Of a stretch of 64,000 nucleotides of DNA, positions 50,203 to 61,388 are shown piece by piece. The position numbers and the translations under genes are program-made. Under the pieces are notes generated by a model that had not been told where the DNA came from, made no database searches, and saw nothing but the letters and a program-made list of their open reading frames with translations. The first letter of the stretch is position 1; each line of letters begins with the position of its first letter. The stretch comes from an uncultured delta proteobacterium (GTDB lineage: Bacteria; Myxococcota_A; Polyangia; Fen-1088): NCBI GenBank assembly GCA_963737265.1, contig CAVTRY010000023.1, positions 224,001 through 288,000 of the forward strand, in the 5' to 3' direction.

Positions 50203-53200
50203 ATGAGCGTCCCAGACTTCCAGTCGATCCTCCTCCCCTTGTTGAAATTCACGGCCTCCCGGGAAGAAATCACAACTGTCGAGGCCTATTCGGCCATGGC
50301 CGATCATTTCAAGCTCTCTCCAGACGACCTGGGACAGTCTCCCCCGTCGGGGACGGGCAACCTCTTTCGCAACCGCGTGGGCTGGGCCAAGCAATACCTC
50401 ATGTACGCCGCACTGGTGGAGCGGGTTCGGCGAGGCGTGTCCCGCGCCACGCCGATTGGAAAAGCGTGGGCCGCCGAGAAATCCACGCCACTCAAGATTG
50501 GTGATTTCAAAGAGATCCCTGGATATTCCGAACGCGTTGATGGTTCAGGCGGTGAAGGCGACACGGAAGGGGCGCCTCCCAACCTCCCCACCGAGCGTAC
50601 CGATCCTGAATACACAAGAACAGTCATTGAGCAGCTTTACCCGGATACTGACACACGAATGGAGTGCTGTCGTTGGTTGGCCGAGGGCATCGCCTACGTG
50701 AACGCCAGAGAGCCAGCATCCTGGGGACTGACGCTACGGAAACGGAATCTTCGGCTCAATGTGGGCCGGATGCTTTCCCTCGACCTTCTTCCTGACGGGG
50801 TTCGGATTGGGTTGGCCGTGGACGCCGTGGAGCTTGCGAACCAGGGCCGTCTCGAATCGCACTGGGAAGGCACCGGTTTCGCCGTAACACCGAAATGTCA
50901 GCTCTGCCTTCTCGAAGCAACCGTCTTTTTGGAACTGAGGGCTGGCTTGCGGGAGCCATGGTTCGAGTTCCTTCGAATCGCGATGCGGACTGGGCGCCAA
51001 ACACCATTTCGCAGGTCCCATTCGCCTGGGGTAGTCGCCTTTCTCGAAAGCCATTTGGCTGTGAAGATCCCCCAGCCCGCATATCGAAAGGACGATGAGC
51101 GTGACGAGCAAGACCGCGATGGTGAGATGGACGCAGGTCCACTGCCAGCGATCCGGATGACTCGACCTTCCGCGCTGTTTAAGCCTACGAACCCTGATTT
51201 GGACTGGCTCCTTCCCGCCATCGAAAGCGGCGACATTGGGCTGCCGGAAATGCAGCGCGCTTTTGTCTGGAGCGCCACCAAGGTCCGGGATCTGCTTGAT
51301 TCCATGTACAGGGGCTTCCCGGTCGGCTATCTACTGTTTTGGGAGACACCGCCAACGGATATCGGGGGAAAGACGATTGGCTTGGATGCGAAAGTGCATG
51401 AGCCCCGACTCTTCATCGTAGATGGTCAGCAGCGGTTGACGTCTCTGTTTGCGGTACTGAAGGGAAAGCCGGTTCGGGATAAGGATTTTCGCGAGGTTCC
51501 CATCGTGATTGCCTTTCGACCACGGGACTCGCGGTTCGAGGTTGCGAGTGCCGCGACCCGCAAGGATCCTGAATTCATACCCAACATTTCCATTCTCTGG
51601 ACCCCAGAGAAGCGCCGGGTAATCAGGGAATTCGTCGATGGATTGCAACGCCGAGGCGCCACGCGCGCCGACCTCGATTCGATTGAGGACAACTTGGAAC
51701 GACTGGTCAACCTGACAAAATACAAGTTCTCGGCTCTGGAAATCATGTCCAGTGCTGACGAGGAGGAGGTGGCGGACATCTTTGTCCGCATCAACAGTCA
51801 AGGCACCCCACTGACACAGGCCGATTTCATTTTGACACTTCTGTCGGTAGTGGCAGAGGAGCTGCGACAGGACCTTGAGGCCTTCGCAAAGGCTTGCACG
51901 CGGCCAGCGGGACGACAGGACGGCCCTTCGCCCTACAACCATTTTATCGACCCATCTGCGGCCCAGCTGCTTCGTGTGGCAATCGCAATTGGATTCCATC
52001 GCGGGAAACTGAAAGGTGCATATCAGGTCCTTCGTGGGAAGGATCCGGAAACAAGCAAGAGGTCCGAGGTCTTGCGGCGGGCCCAGCTTGCCACCCTCCG
52101 CGAGGCACAAGCCGCCGTTCTTAATCTAAGCCACTGGCACGGCTTTCTCAGTTGTTTGGTGGTTGCTGGCTTCAGAAGTCGGTCCATGATTTCATCCGAG
52201 AATGCGCTCCTTTTCTCCTACGTCTTCTACCTGGCAGGAAAGATCCAGTGTGACGTTGATGAGAAGTCCTTGAAGCGACTCATAGGTCGTTGGTTTTTTG
52301 CTACGTCACTTACCGGACGGTACACGGGCTCGTCTGAAACGGTTCTCGAATCTGACCTGTCTCGAATTCGCGATATGACTACCCCAGAACCGTTCATTGC
52401 TCTGCTCGAAGGTTTGATCGCGTCTATGCTGCCAGAAGGCTACTTTGAGACAACGCTGCAGGATGCGCTCGAAACCTCTCGTACCGATGGGCCCGCGGTG
52501 CTGGCCTACGTCGCCGCACAGGCACTATTGGCCGCGCCTGTGCTCTTCTCGGACCATCAGTCAATTGCAGAACTCATCGATCCTGCGACGGCGTCCCCAC
52601 GCAAGCCGCTTGAGCAACACCATCTGTTCCCTCGTCACTATTTGAACAGAATCGGCGTCAAAGACGCGAAACACACAGATCAGGCTGCCAATTTTGCCCT
52701 TGTCGAATGGGAGGACAACGCGGACATGTTGGACGCCGCACCATCCGAATACCTGCCCAGAGTCCGTAAGAAGTTTGGCGACGCTGCCTGGGATCGAATG
52801 TGCAAAATGCATGCCTTACCCGAGGGGTGGGACGGGATGTCCTATGAAGAATTTCTCCCCGCGAGACGTGATCTGATGTCCGACATTATCCGGGAGGGCT
52901 TCGACAAACTCTCAAGCCATGGCGCGAGCGGATGCGCCCGCTATTTGGCAGAGGGAACCCAGCACGAACAGCAAGTGTGGGGATTGATCGAAAGGGTGGA
53001 GCTTCGCCTGAGAACGTTGGTATCGGAAGGGTACGTCGGTCGATGGGGGGAGGCCGCGGAGAAGCGTATGCACGCGGTTCTTGGCGACCAAGCGTGGGAG
53101 GTTATCGAGCGGAACCGGGCGAAGGACTCGAAGAAGAACAAGGTCAGGAGTGTCGTCGACTACATGTACCTCGGTCAACTCGGCACCCTGGCGACAGCGA

Positions 53201-53382
53201 ACGATACATGGGAGGTGTTCAAGCCAGTTGCAGTAGAAAAGGTGCGCCTAATTGAGCCCCTCGAGAGAATCACGCCAGTGCGAAATGACCGGGCTCACTT
53301 TCGGTCGGTACCGGAGCACGATCTTACGTACGCCCGCCTCGCATGCGAGGAACTCATCTCGATGCTGAAATCTAGCGAATAG
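50203..53382 (+). CDS. Multidomain defence protein: Mrr_N wHTH, DUF262 (GmrS-like), HNH-like (DUF1524-like), Swt1-like HEPN
   Basis: VPDFQ...[12 protein letters not shown]; [26 protein letters not shown]; HHLFP...AN...EDN; RNDRAH (Rx4H). Confidence 0.8.
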   Translation: MSVPDFQSILLPLLKFTASREEITTVEAYSAMADHFKLSPDDLGQSPPSGTGNLFRNRVGWAKQYLMYAALVERVRRGVSRATPIGKAWAAEKSTPLKIGDFKEIPGYSERVDGSGGEGDTEGAPPNLPTERTDPEYTRTVIEQLYPDTDTRMECCRWLAEGIAYVNAREPASWGLTLRKRNLRLNVGRMLSLDLLPDGVRIGLAVDAVELANQGRLESHWEGTGFAVTPKCQLCLLEATVFLELRAGLREPWFEFLRIAMRTGRQTPFRRSHSPGVVAFLESHLAVKIPQPAYRKDDERDEQDRDGEMDAGPLPAIRMTRPSALFKPTNPDLDWLLPAIESGDIGLPEMQRAFVWSATKVRDLLDSMYRGFPVGYLLFWETPPTDIGGKTIGLDAKVHEPRLFIVDGQQRLTSLFAVLKGKPVRDKDFREVPIVIAFRPRDSRFEVASAATRKDPEFIPNISILWTPEKRRVIREFVDGLQRRGATRADLDSIEDNLERLVNLTKYKFSALEIMSSADEEEVADIFVRINSQGTPLTQADFILTLLSVVAEELRQDLEAFAKACTRPAGRQDGPSPYNHFIDPSAAQLLRVAIAIGFHRGKLKGAYQVLRGKDPETSKRSEVLRRAQLATLREAQAAVLNLSHWHGFLSCLVVAGFRSRSMISSENALLFSYVFYLAGKIQCDVDEKSLKRLIGRWFFATSLTGRYTGSSETVLESDLSRIRDMTTPEPFIALLEGLIASMLPEGYFETTLQDALETSRTDGPAVLAYVAAQALLAAPVLFSDHQSIAELIDPATASPRKPLEQHHLFPRHYLNRIGVKDAKHTDQAANFALVEWEDNADMLDAAPSEYLPRVRKKFGDAAWDRMCKMHALPEGWDGMSYEEFLPARRDLMSDIIREGFDKLSSHGASGCARYLAEGTQHEQQVWGLIERVELRLRTLVSEGYVGRWGEAAEKRMHAVLGDQAWEVIERNRAKDSKKNKVRSVVDYMYLGQLGTLATANDTWEVFKPVAVEKVRLIEPLERITPVRNDRAHFRSVPEHDLTYARLACEELISMLKSSE

Positions 53383-53535
53383 ATGCAATTGCCCGCTAAC
53401 AAACGCCGCATCGTCGCCAAGGTGGACCAGTTGATGGCCCTCGTGGACCAGTGGGAGGCGCAGCTCACCACCCCCCGCACCACCGCCGACCAGCTTCTCT
53501 CCGCCCTGGTCGCCGAACTCACTGAACAGAACTGA
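53383..53535 (+). pseudogene. HsdS C-terminal helical remnant
   Basis: RRIVAKVDQLMALVDQWEAQL...LLSALVAEL. Confidence 0.7.
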
Positions 53536-53546
53536 CGGTTGAAATG

Positions 53547-54824
53547 ATGACTGAACCAACCATCGTATGTCCGCACTGTCGCAAGGAGATCAAGTTGACC
53601 GAGTCCTTGGCAGGACCGCTCATCGAAGCCACCCGCCGAAGCTACGAGGAGCAGCTTGCCAGCAAGGATGCCGAGGCGGCCCAGCGCGAGGCGGCTGTGC
53701 GCGAGCGCGAAGTGGCGCTCGTCAAGGCGAAGCAAGGGCTCGATGCACAGGTTGCCGAGACGCTGCGCCAGGAGCGTGGCGCGATCGCCGCGGAAGAATC
53801 CAGAAAGGCCAAGTTGGAGCTGGCGACGGATCTCGATCGAAAGGCAAGGGAGCTCGACGAATTGCAAGAAGTGCTCAAGCTTCGGAACGCGAAGCTCGCG
53901 CAAGCGCAGAATGCGGAGGCCGAGCTGCTACGCAAACAGCGGGAGCTTGACGACACCAAGCGCGAGTTCGAGCTGACCATCGAGAAGCGTATCCAGGAGG
54001 GGCTCGATGTCACGCGCGCGCAGGCCCGCAAGGAAGCCGAGGAGCAGCTGAATCTCAAGGTTCTGGAAAAGGAGCAAACCATCCAGTCGATGAAGGGAAA
54101 GATCGAGGAATTGCAGCGGCGAGCGGAACAAGGCTCGCAACAGCTTCAGGGTGAAGTCCTGGAACTGGAGCTTGAGGCGTTGCTGCGGGCGAGATTCCCG
54201 CTCGATTCCATCGAGCCGGTGCCGAAGGGTGAATACGGCGGCGATGTCATCCACCAGGTCAAGGGTCAGACCGGTCAGGCGTGCGGTTCCCTTCTGTGGG
54301 AGTTCAAGCGCACCAAGAACTGGAGCGATAGCTGGCTTGCCAAACTTCGTGGCGATCAGCGCGTGGCCAAGGCGGAGGTTTCCGTCCTTGTCAGCTATGC
54401 GCTGCCCAAGGGCGTCGAGAGCTTCGATCTCATCGACGGCGTATGGGTGACCCACCCTCGGGCCGCGGTGCCCGTCGCCATCGCGTTGAGGCATGCCTTG
54501 ATCGATGTGGCGATCGCCCGCAAGGCTGCCGAAGGACAGCAAGGCAAGATGGAAATGGTGTACCACTACCTGACCGGGTCGGGCTTTCGCCAGCGGGTTC
54601 AGGCCATCGCGGAGGCGTTCAAGTACATGCAGGAGGATCTCGATCGCGAAAAGAAGGTCATCACCAAACAGTGGGCGAAGCGTGAGCAGCAGATCGACCA
54701 GGTCATGCAGGCAACCAGTGGCATGTGGGGGGATCTGCAAGGAATCGCGGGCAAGACCTTGAACGAAATCGAGGGTCTAAGCCTGGAGGCGATCGCGGGC
54801 GCGGACCCAGGCGACCCCAGGTAG
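53547..54824 (+). CDS. DUF2130 domain protein
   Basis: CPHC, coiled coil, GSQQLQGEVLE, GGD, WEFKRTKNWS. Confidence 0.88.
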   Translation: MTEPTIVCPHCRKEIKLTESLAGPLIEATRRSYEEQLASKDAEAAQREAAVREREVALVKAKQGLDAQVAETLRQERGAIAAEESRKAKLELATDLDRKARELDELQEVLKLRNAKLAQAQNAEAELLRKQRELDDTKREFELTIEKRIQEGLDVTRAQARKEAEEQLNLKVLEKEQTIQSMKGKIEELQRRAEQGSQQLQGEVLELELEALLRARFPLDSIEPVPKGEYGGDVIHQVKGQTGQACGSLLWEFKRTKNWSDSWLAKLRGDQRVAKAEVSVLVSYALPKGVESFDLIDGVWVTHPRAAVPVAIALRHALIDVAIARKAAEGQQGKMEMVYHYLTGSGFRQRVQAIAEAFKYMQEDLDREKKVITKQWAKREQQIDQVMQATSGMWGDLQGIAGKTLNEIEGLSLEAIAGADPGDPR

Positions 54825-54839
54825 GAAACGGATGATCCC

Positions 54840-54907
54840 AACCCACCACGCCCAAGTGGCGCCACACCGTCGAGCGTCTGAAGACCTTCTTCAAGAAGTG
54901 GGAGTAG
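54840..54907 (+). repeat. Copy of the 3' tail of the NucS-like gene
   Basis: QPTTPKWRHTVERLKTFFKKWE*, matching 58380-58448. Confidence 0.8.
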
Positions 54908-54949
54908 GCCGCCGGACAAGCACCGGCGCATAGCTGGATCCCAGCCATG

Positions 54950-55396
54950 CTATTCGTTGGCCGGGCCACCGCTTGCTGAAGGTCGATAGAGTGCACCTCG
55001 CTCGTGAGCAGCGCGGGCCAGTTTGATCCCGCGCGCATCAACTTGGCTGTTGCTGATTCCGCGAAAGTCGACGAAAGCATGCGCGAGATCTGTCGCCTCG
55101 GGTGGGGACACGATGGGATCGGAATAAGCCTTGAGATCCTGATCGTCGCACTCCCCGACGGTGATCCCCCAAGTGCCGGCGGACGCGCACTTGAGCTTCT
55201 CGCTGTGATGACGAAAAGCCGCTTCCGGCGTCGTGAGACTGCCTCGCGCCACGGACAGCATCCCTTCGTCCTTCTTGGTTGGCCGAAAGGCCTGACTGCT
55301 GGGTCGACCGTCGCGCAGAAAACTCGGATGCACCTGGCGAAGCAGTTCCTCGCGCGAATCCGTCAATACGGAGGTTGGCGGTGGCGTTCCCGCCAT
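54950..55396 (-). CDS. Hypothetical protein (possible ADP-ribosyltransferase-like fold)
   Basis: LLRQV...SSQAF...LSV...AH pattern; ATG abuts the upstream stop. Confidence 0.65.
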   Translation of the reverse strand: MAGTPPPTSVLTDSREELLRQVHPSFLRDGRPSSQAFRPTKKDEGMLSVARGSLTTPEAAFRHHSEKLKCASAGTWGITVGECDDQDLKAYSDPIVSPPEATDLAHAFVDFRGISNSQVDARGIKLARAAHERGALYRPSASGGPANE

Positions 55397-56557
55397 CTAG
55401 GAAACCTCCAGGTGCTCGACGAGAAAACGTCCCAACTTGCTTTCGGATCCCGGCAGGTTCAGGGAGAACTTGTCCTCCTCGATCCTGTCCGAATCAAGTC
55501 GCACAGCCATCACCTCCGCCACGTGCTCCACCAACCCGACGTTCGCGACCACCTCCCATTTGCTTCCAGGCCATTCGGCGCGAGCAGTGCCCTCGGGGGT
55601 TGGGTAGAGATAGGGAACGGGGAGGTTGAACCCTTCAAGGATGCCCTTCAGGAGGTTCAACAGCCAATCCAGATGCCCTCGCTGATAGCTTGGACTGGAC
55701 TCGTCGAACCAGCCGGCTGGCAAAATCGACAGCGATCGAACCTGCTGTTCGACAGAGGTCGGGCATCCTCGGCGGCGATCGCCCGCCAAGTCCTCTTCCG
55801 CGATGCTGACATCAGTCGCCATTTCGATGCGTCGAAGACTACCTGTCTCGTCAAAAAGACCAGTTCCACGGACACGCACGGGCACGGCGGTCGATAGCGA
55901 GCGCAGGGCGATTGGAAAGAACATCTCGGGTACGCGAACGCGGTATTTGATTCCTTCCAGCGTTCGAAGATCGAAGCCCTCGGAATCTCGGTCAGCGGCG
56001 CGAACATCACCCACGAGATCGATTTCGTCCTCGTACAACGGCTGGGCCTGGAGCACCAGCTTCTTCCTGAGTGCCCGGTTGTAGATTGCGCCATTTCGGT
56101 CACCCGGGAGGCCCACGACGATCGACTCATCTGGCCCCAGGGTCCGCCCGAAGGAACCGAATCGCGCCAGCACCTGCTTGGCCAGGTCGGGTGGCAATAC
56201 GTCCGGGGCCATTCCACCCGCGGCGATCCCATTCTGGATCAGGTCTCTCGCCGACTCGAAGATGTCGTCTTCTTGTGGACCGTCGAAAAGAGCCAGGTCA
56301 CGCTCGTCCACCCGCGAGATTTGTGGAATTGCACTGCCTCCCTCGATCACTTTCTCAAGAACGAGATGAAGGCCGTTTTCGAAGCCCCTGGGAAGGCGCT
56401 TGCGTGCGGGATTCCGAGCCTGAAATAGAGCCTTGGCCGCCTCTAGAACTAGCTCGCGGTACGCCGCCAGCTCAGGAAGGGTCTCAAGAGGCATGGACGC
56501 CTCTCCAAACCTGGCCCCTTTGAAAATAAGGCTGACGAACGGACTCTTCTTCATCAC
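55397..56557 (-). CDS. Hypothetical protein (386 aa)
   Basis: Long ORF; partial second copy at 61844-62764 conserves the reading frame. Confidence 0.75.
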   Translation of the reverse strand: MMKKSPFVSLIFKGARFGEASMPLETLPELAAYRELVLEAAKALFQARNPARKRLPRGFENGLHLVLEKVIEGGSAIPQISRVDERDLALFDGPQEDDIFESARDLIQNGIAAGGMAPDVLPPDLAKQVLARFGSFGRTLGPDESIVVGLPGDRNGAIYNRALRKKLVLQAQPLYEDEIDLVGDVRAADRDSEGFDLRTLEGIKYRVRVPEMFFPIALRSLSTAVPVRVRGTGLFDETGSLRRIEMATDVSIAEEDLAGDRRRGCPTSVEQQVRSLSILPAGWFDESSPSYQRGHLDWLLNLLKGILEGFNLPVPYLYPTPEGTARAEWPGSKWEVVANVGLVEHVAEVMAVRLDSDRIEEDKFSLNLPGSESKLGRFLVEHLEVS

Positions 56558-56613
56558 TATTGAACCCGGATTCTTACTGGGTATTCCACCTAAAGGCTAG
56601 AACGCCAGAGTGG

Positions 56614-57603
56614 TCATGTCGAATTCTTGGAAAGATCTGCACCTTCCCGCGCGCGGGAGTTGCAGACCATGTCCACGGTCAAGAACTCGCGACCCTTGAG
56701 AATCATCGCCTTGATCGCGCGTATGAGAACGCGCTCCACATCGGCGTGCGCGAAGCCGGCGAACCCAGCGATGAACCCATCGTCCTCGAGCGGCAGCTCA
56801 TGGCGAACACCCCGCAGCTTGGCAGAGAAGATTTGCTTTAGTTGTGCCGGGTTCGGCTTGTCGAGAAGGAGGACCTCGTCAAAGCGTCGCCAGAGGGCGC
56901 GATCAAGAAGACGCTCGTGGTTGGTGGCGGCGATAAGAATGCTCTGACCGCGGTAGCTGTCGAGCAGCTGGAGAAAGGCATTAACGACTCGGCGGAGCTC
57001 GCCGTGCTCGGCTGAATCTTCGCGCTCCTTGCCTATGGCATCGAACTCGTCAAAAAGGCCGACGAAGCGGCCGGCCGAGAGGAAGTCGAACACCTTGCGG
57101 AGGTTCGCTGACGTCTCTCCCAGGAACGAGGAGACCACGGCATCGAAGCGCACGGTCACCAGCTCGATGCCGAGTTCAGTGGCCAGCACCTCGGCCGTCG
57201 AGGTCTTTCCGCATCCAGGTGGTCCGTAGAAAAGGAGCCGCTGGATGGGCTTGAGCCCGTAGCCCGATAGGAGGTCGGTCCGGTTCTGCTCGACAAGAAC
57301 CTCCTCCATCGTTGCCTTGTTGCCCTCGGATAGAACGATGTCCTTGAGGTCTCGGACAGGGACGCGGACCGAGAGCAGCTCCAGCCCTCGCTCGCCGTCC
57401 TTGGGGATCTGGTAGGTCCGCCTGGGGCTGCTTGGCGCTTTCGAGTCCTCCCCGTAGAGGATGCGCTCGAGGTCGTTGGCGAGCAGGTGGTGGTTCTTCG
57501 CGCGCTCGTCGCTGATGACACGCTCGGCAGCCTCGCGGAAGGCGTCATTGTCCCGTTGCGCTCCCGCGCGGATAAGCTGGCGTAGTACGCGACCTTCAGC
57601 CAT
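56614..57603 (-). CDS. AAA ATPase (IetA-like type usually paired with an S8 protease)
   Basis: GPPGCGKT, SSFLGET, FDEFDAIGKER, GELRRVVN, AATNH, ALWRRFD. Confidence 0.88.
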   Translation of the reverse strand: MAEGRVLRQLIRAGAQRDNDAFREAAERVISDERAKNHHLLANDLERILYGEDSKAPSSPRRTYQIPKDGERGLELLSVRVPVRDLKDIVLSEGNKATMEEVLVEQNRTDLLSGYGLKPIQRLLFYGPPGCGKTSTAEVLATELGIELVTVRFDAVVSSFLGETSANLRKVFDFLSAGRFVGLFDEFDAIGKEREDSAEHGELRRVVNAFLQLLDSYRGQSILIAATNHERLLDRALWRRFDEVLLLDKPNPAQLKQIFSAKLRGVRHELPLEDDGFIAGFAGFAHADVERVLIRAIKAMILKGREFLTVDMVCNSRAREGADLSKNST

Positions 57604-57695
57604 CGGGCCTCACTGCTACAAGATAGCTCAGGTTTCTGGCCCAGCGATAGGCTGATCGCGCCGTTCGGTGGCCGCATTGACCTGCTGGCCATTGC

Positions 57696-58448
57696 CAGCG
57701 CTTCTCCAAGGACCGCACGCTGGATGATGCCTTCAAGGCGCGCTTCGGGACCACCCAGGAGGAGGAATCGCTGAACGAGTCGCATCGGATCATCCTGGTT
57801 GCGGCCGAACTGGACGACGCGACCGAGCGGATCATCCGCTACCTCAACGATCGCGGCGTCGCCATCAACGTCGTCTTCTTCCGGGTGTTTCGCCACGGTA
57901 CCGACCAGCTGCTGAGCCGCGCCTGGTTCATCGACCCTGGCGAGACGCAGGCCAACGTGGCCACCACCACCAAGCACACGGAAGGCAAGGTGCCGTGGAA
58001 TGGCGAGTACTACGTCTCGTTCGGGGGCGACTGCGCCTGGGAGGACGCCCGTGCCCGCGGCTTTGTCAGCGCGGGCGGCGGGGCCAGGTACACGCAAACT
58101 CTGAAGGCGCTTTCTCCCGGCAACCGCGTCTGGGTCAAGATGCCAGGCAAGGGCTACGTTGGCGTCAGCCGCGTGACCAAGTCGGTGCAATCCTTGAGCG
58201 AGCTCAAGATCGATGGCGTCCCGTGCCTGGACGTGCTCAAGACCGCGGAGCGCCTGCGCGAGCGCGCCGCCGACCCCGAGATGATCGAGGCCTTCGTTCG
58301 CGTCGAGTGGCTCGACGCCGTCCCGGAGAACAAGGCCTTCAACGAGGTCGGACTCTTCGGCAACCAGAACACCGTCTGCCAGCCCACCACCCCCAAGTGG
58401 CGCCACACCGTCGAACGGTTGAAGACCTACTTCAAGAAGTGGGAGTAG
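57696..58448 (+). pseudogene. NucS-like endonuclease gene, N-terminus missing
   Basis: LNESHRIILVAAELDDATERII.YL...INVVFF..F, then WNGEYYVSFG...FVSAGGG...FGNQNTVC. Confidence 0.65.
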
Positions 58449-58462
58449 AGCCCATGGGCCGC

Positions 58463-58978
58463 TCACGCCCCTTCCCTCCCAAATCCAATCCTCCGCCTCG
58501 GCTTCTCCGGTGGCTTCATCAGCTCGCGGATGGCATCGAAGACGGCGCGGAATTGGGCGTCGTACTTCCTTTCCAGAAGCGCAAGCTTGCGGGCCAGGTC
58601 GGCGTTCTGCTGGAGCATCTGACGGAGGCGCACGAAGGCGCGCATGATCTCGATGTTCACCTGCACTGCGCGCTGGCTGCGCAGCACGCTCGACAGCATG
58701 GCCACGCCTTGCTCGGTGAAGGCCCTCGGCGGCTTGCGCGTTCCACCCCAACTTGATGTTCCAGAATGGAAGATCAAGTTTCCCATTTCATCAGGCGACA
58801 GCTGAAACATGAAATCGTCGGGGAACCGGTCGATGTTCCGGGCGACCGCCTTGTTTAGATTGCCGGTGGTCACGCCGTACAGGGCGGCAAGATCCTTGTC
58901 CAGGATGACTTTGTGCCCACGGAGAACGAGGATCACACGCTCAATGCGCTCGACTGGCACCAGGCTGTTCTCAACCAT
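58463..58978 (-). CDS. ORF6N-domain DNA-binding protein
   Basis: [41 protein letters not shown]. Confidence 0.9.
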   Translation of the reverse strand: MVENSLVPVERIERVILVLRGHKVILDKDLAALYGVTTGNLNKAVARNIDRFPDDFMFQLSPDEMGNLIFHSGTSSWGGTRKPPRAFTEQGVAMLSSVLRSQRAVQVNIEIMRAFVRLRQMLQQNADLARKLALLERKYDAQFRAVFDAIRELMKPPEKPRRRIGFGREGA

Positions 58979-59259
58979 CGGCGTCCCCCTTCCCGTTGGA
59001 GATCACAAACTGTGATCTCAAAAACCGTGACGACTCGCAGCGCTTTCGGCCTTGAGGTGCCAAATTGGAACCTCAGGCTCGTGAACGTGGGCGAGTTCTG
59101 CAGTGGCCAACGCAGGATGCCGGCGTGCTCCTGAGCCGCCGGCGCGATCATGGTATCCCCTTCGGGGCGCAAGTAGGCGAACATGCTCCCTTATCGGAAG
59201 CAGGTCGCAGAAGTTGCTTGGCGGGCGAGCTTCGACCCGCGTTTCCGCGGCGGTCACGC

Positions 59260-60174
59260 GGGTGCGGCTGACACGCAAGTCTGGACCACCCGGCTGGGGA
59301 CGTTCCGTGGTCGAGACCCTTGCTCGTGACCTGCAGGCCGAGTTCCCGGGACGAAACGGCTTTTCCGCCCGAAACCTTTGGAACATGAGGGATCTACCTC
59401 GTTTACCGCGACAAGCCAAAACTGCAACCGCTGGTTGCAGGAATCAGCTGGGCGAAGAACCTCGTCATTCTCGGGCGTTGCAAAGACGACCTCGAACGCG
59501 AGTTCTACTTGCGCGCGACAGCGCGCTTCGGCTGGACGCGGGCGGTGCTCCAGCATCAGGTGGACAACCGAAGCTACGAGAAGTACCTGTCGAACCAGAC
59601 CAGTTTCGACCAGACCCTCTCGCCGACGTTGCGGGCTCAGGCCATCTTAGCCGTGAAAGACCACTATACCTTCGACTTCCTGGATCTGGCCGAAGCGCAC
59701 TCGGAACGCGAGCTCGAGCGCGGCCTGGTGAACAACCTGCGCCACTTTCTGGCCGAGATGGGCGGCGCCTGCGCGTTCGTCGGCAACCAGCACCGCATCG
59801 CCGTCGGCGGACAAGAGTACTTCATCGACCTTGTGCTCTTTCACCGCTGCCTGCGCTGCCTCATAGCCATTGACCTCAAGATCGGCGCGTTCCAGCCAGA
59901 GCACAAAGGCAAGATGGAGTTTTACCTGGAAGCGCTCAACGCCCAGGAACGTATGGACGGTGAGAACCCGCCCATCGGAATCATCATCTGCCGCGACAAG
60001 AACATGACCGTCGTCGAATACGCCCTGCGCACCGCCGGCCGCCCCATCGGCGTCGCCACCCACGCCATTGTCCCCCAGCTTCCCGAGGCGTATCGCGACC
60101 AATTGCCCAGCCCCGAGGCCATCGCCGAACGCCTGCGCCTCTGGGAGCAGGCGGGCGCGAAGGACGGGGAGTGA
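59260..60174 (+). pseudogene. DUF1016 (YhcG-like PD-(D/E)XK) protein, 5'-truncated and frameshifted near 59395
   Basis: GWG.SVVE.LARDL...GFSARNLWNMR; KDHYTFDFL; FVGNQ; IDLVLF; IDLK. Confidence 0.8.
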
Positions 60175-60283
60175 TCTGACTGGGCCACGATTCCCACCAC
60201 GTCGATATTCCGCTCGCCGATCTTGTCGCTTTCCACAATGGCAGCCCCGTGAAAGGCTGGAAGCCACTACCACCGGACTGGCC

Positions 60284-60855
60284 ATGACGGAGAAAAAGAC
60301 TACCAACGACACACCCAAGGGCGAGCTGCTCCTCTATCAAACTGAGGACGGGCGCACGCGCATCGAGTGCCGCTTCGAGGGCGAGACCCTCTGGCTCACG
60401 CAGGCGCTGATGGCCGAACTGTTCGACATCGGCGTAGGGACGGTGAATCACCACCTGAAGGAGATTTTCTCCGAGGGGGAGCTGGCGCCGGAGGCAACTA
60501 TTCGACGATATCGAATAGTTCGAACCGAAGGGCAGCGGTCCGTCGCGCGCGATGTTCGAGCACTACAACCTCGAGGCGATCCTCGCCGTCGGCTTCCGCG
60601 TGCGCAGCCAGCGTGGCACGCAGTTCCGCAAGTGGGCAAACGCTCGCCTGTCGGAGTACCTGGTCAAGGGCTTCACGATGGACGACGAGCGGCTGAAGAA
60701 TCCGCCCGGTCCTGGCCATACCGACTACTTCGACGAGTTGATCGAGCGGATTCGCGAGATCCGCGCGTCCGAGCGACGTTTCTACCAGAAGGTCCTCGAC
60801 ATCTACGCGACGAGCATCGACTACCAGCCCGATACCGAGCTGTCGCAGCAGTTTT
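60284..60855 (+). pseudogene. RhuM-like protein, frameshifted near 60555 and truncated
   Basis: ETLWLTQALMAELF; HYNLEAILAVGFRVRS; DYFDELIERIREIRASERRFYQK. Confidence 0.82.
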
Positions 60856-60952
60856 CTTCTTCGGCAACCAGAACACCGTCTGCCAGCCCACCACGCCCAA
60901 GTTGCGCGACAGCGTCGAGCGTCCGAAGACCTACTTCAAGAAGTGGAAATAG
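60856..60952 (+). repeat. Third copy of the NucS-like 3' tail
   Basis: FGNQNTVCQPTTPKLRDSVERPKTYFKKWK*. Confidence 0.8.
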
Positions 60953-61127
60953 CGACGAGCCGGCGGCGAACCCAACCAGCGGGTGAGGTCCTGGGCGGCA
61001 AAGTCTCGACCGCTCGGCGGGTCAGGTTCAAGGTCCCGGTGCTTTCGCTGGCATCTAGCTGAAGCAGAATCGGGTAGACTAGCTTCGCAACGAGGAGTCA
61101 CACCTCAGCGACCATAGGAACAGGAGA

Positions 61128-61388
61128 ATGCACGCACATCGCCTTAGAATTCAGATTCCCGAGAATCGCGAGATTCGTGTCCAGCTTCCGGCCGATGTCG
61201 CTCCCGGCGAGGCCGAGGTCATCGTGCTCGAAACCGGAAATGACGCGGAACGGACGCGGGCCCGCGGGCAAACTGCAGATGAGTTCCTGGCCGCCAGGCT
61301 GGTTCCCCCGGCGGGAGTCGGCGCCGTAACCTTGGCTGATATGGAGATCGCCATCGCGAAAGGGGCGACAGGCCGTGCAGGCACTTGA
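61128..61388 (+). CDS. Probable antitoxin
   Basis: Small ORF with AGGAG RBS, overlapping the PIN gene. Confidence 0.65.
   Translation: MHAHRLRIQIPENREIRVQLPADVAPGEAEVIVLETGNDAERTRARGQTADEFLAARLVPPAGVGAVTLADMEIAIAKGATGRAGT

Noticed and set aside
48807-50273. 488-aa minus-strand ORF and similar long antisense ORFs (12977-14284, 57156-58751, 9231-10466)
   Set aside because: Shadow ORFs of real genes in high-GC DNA.
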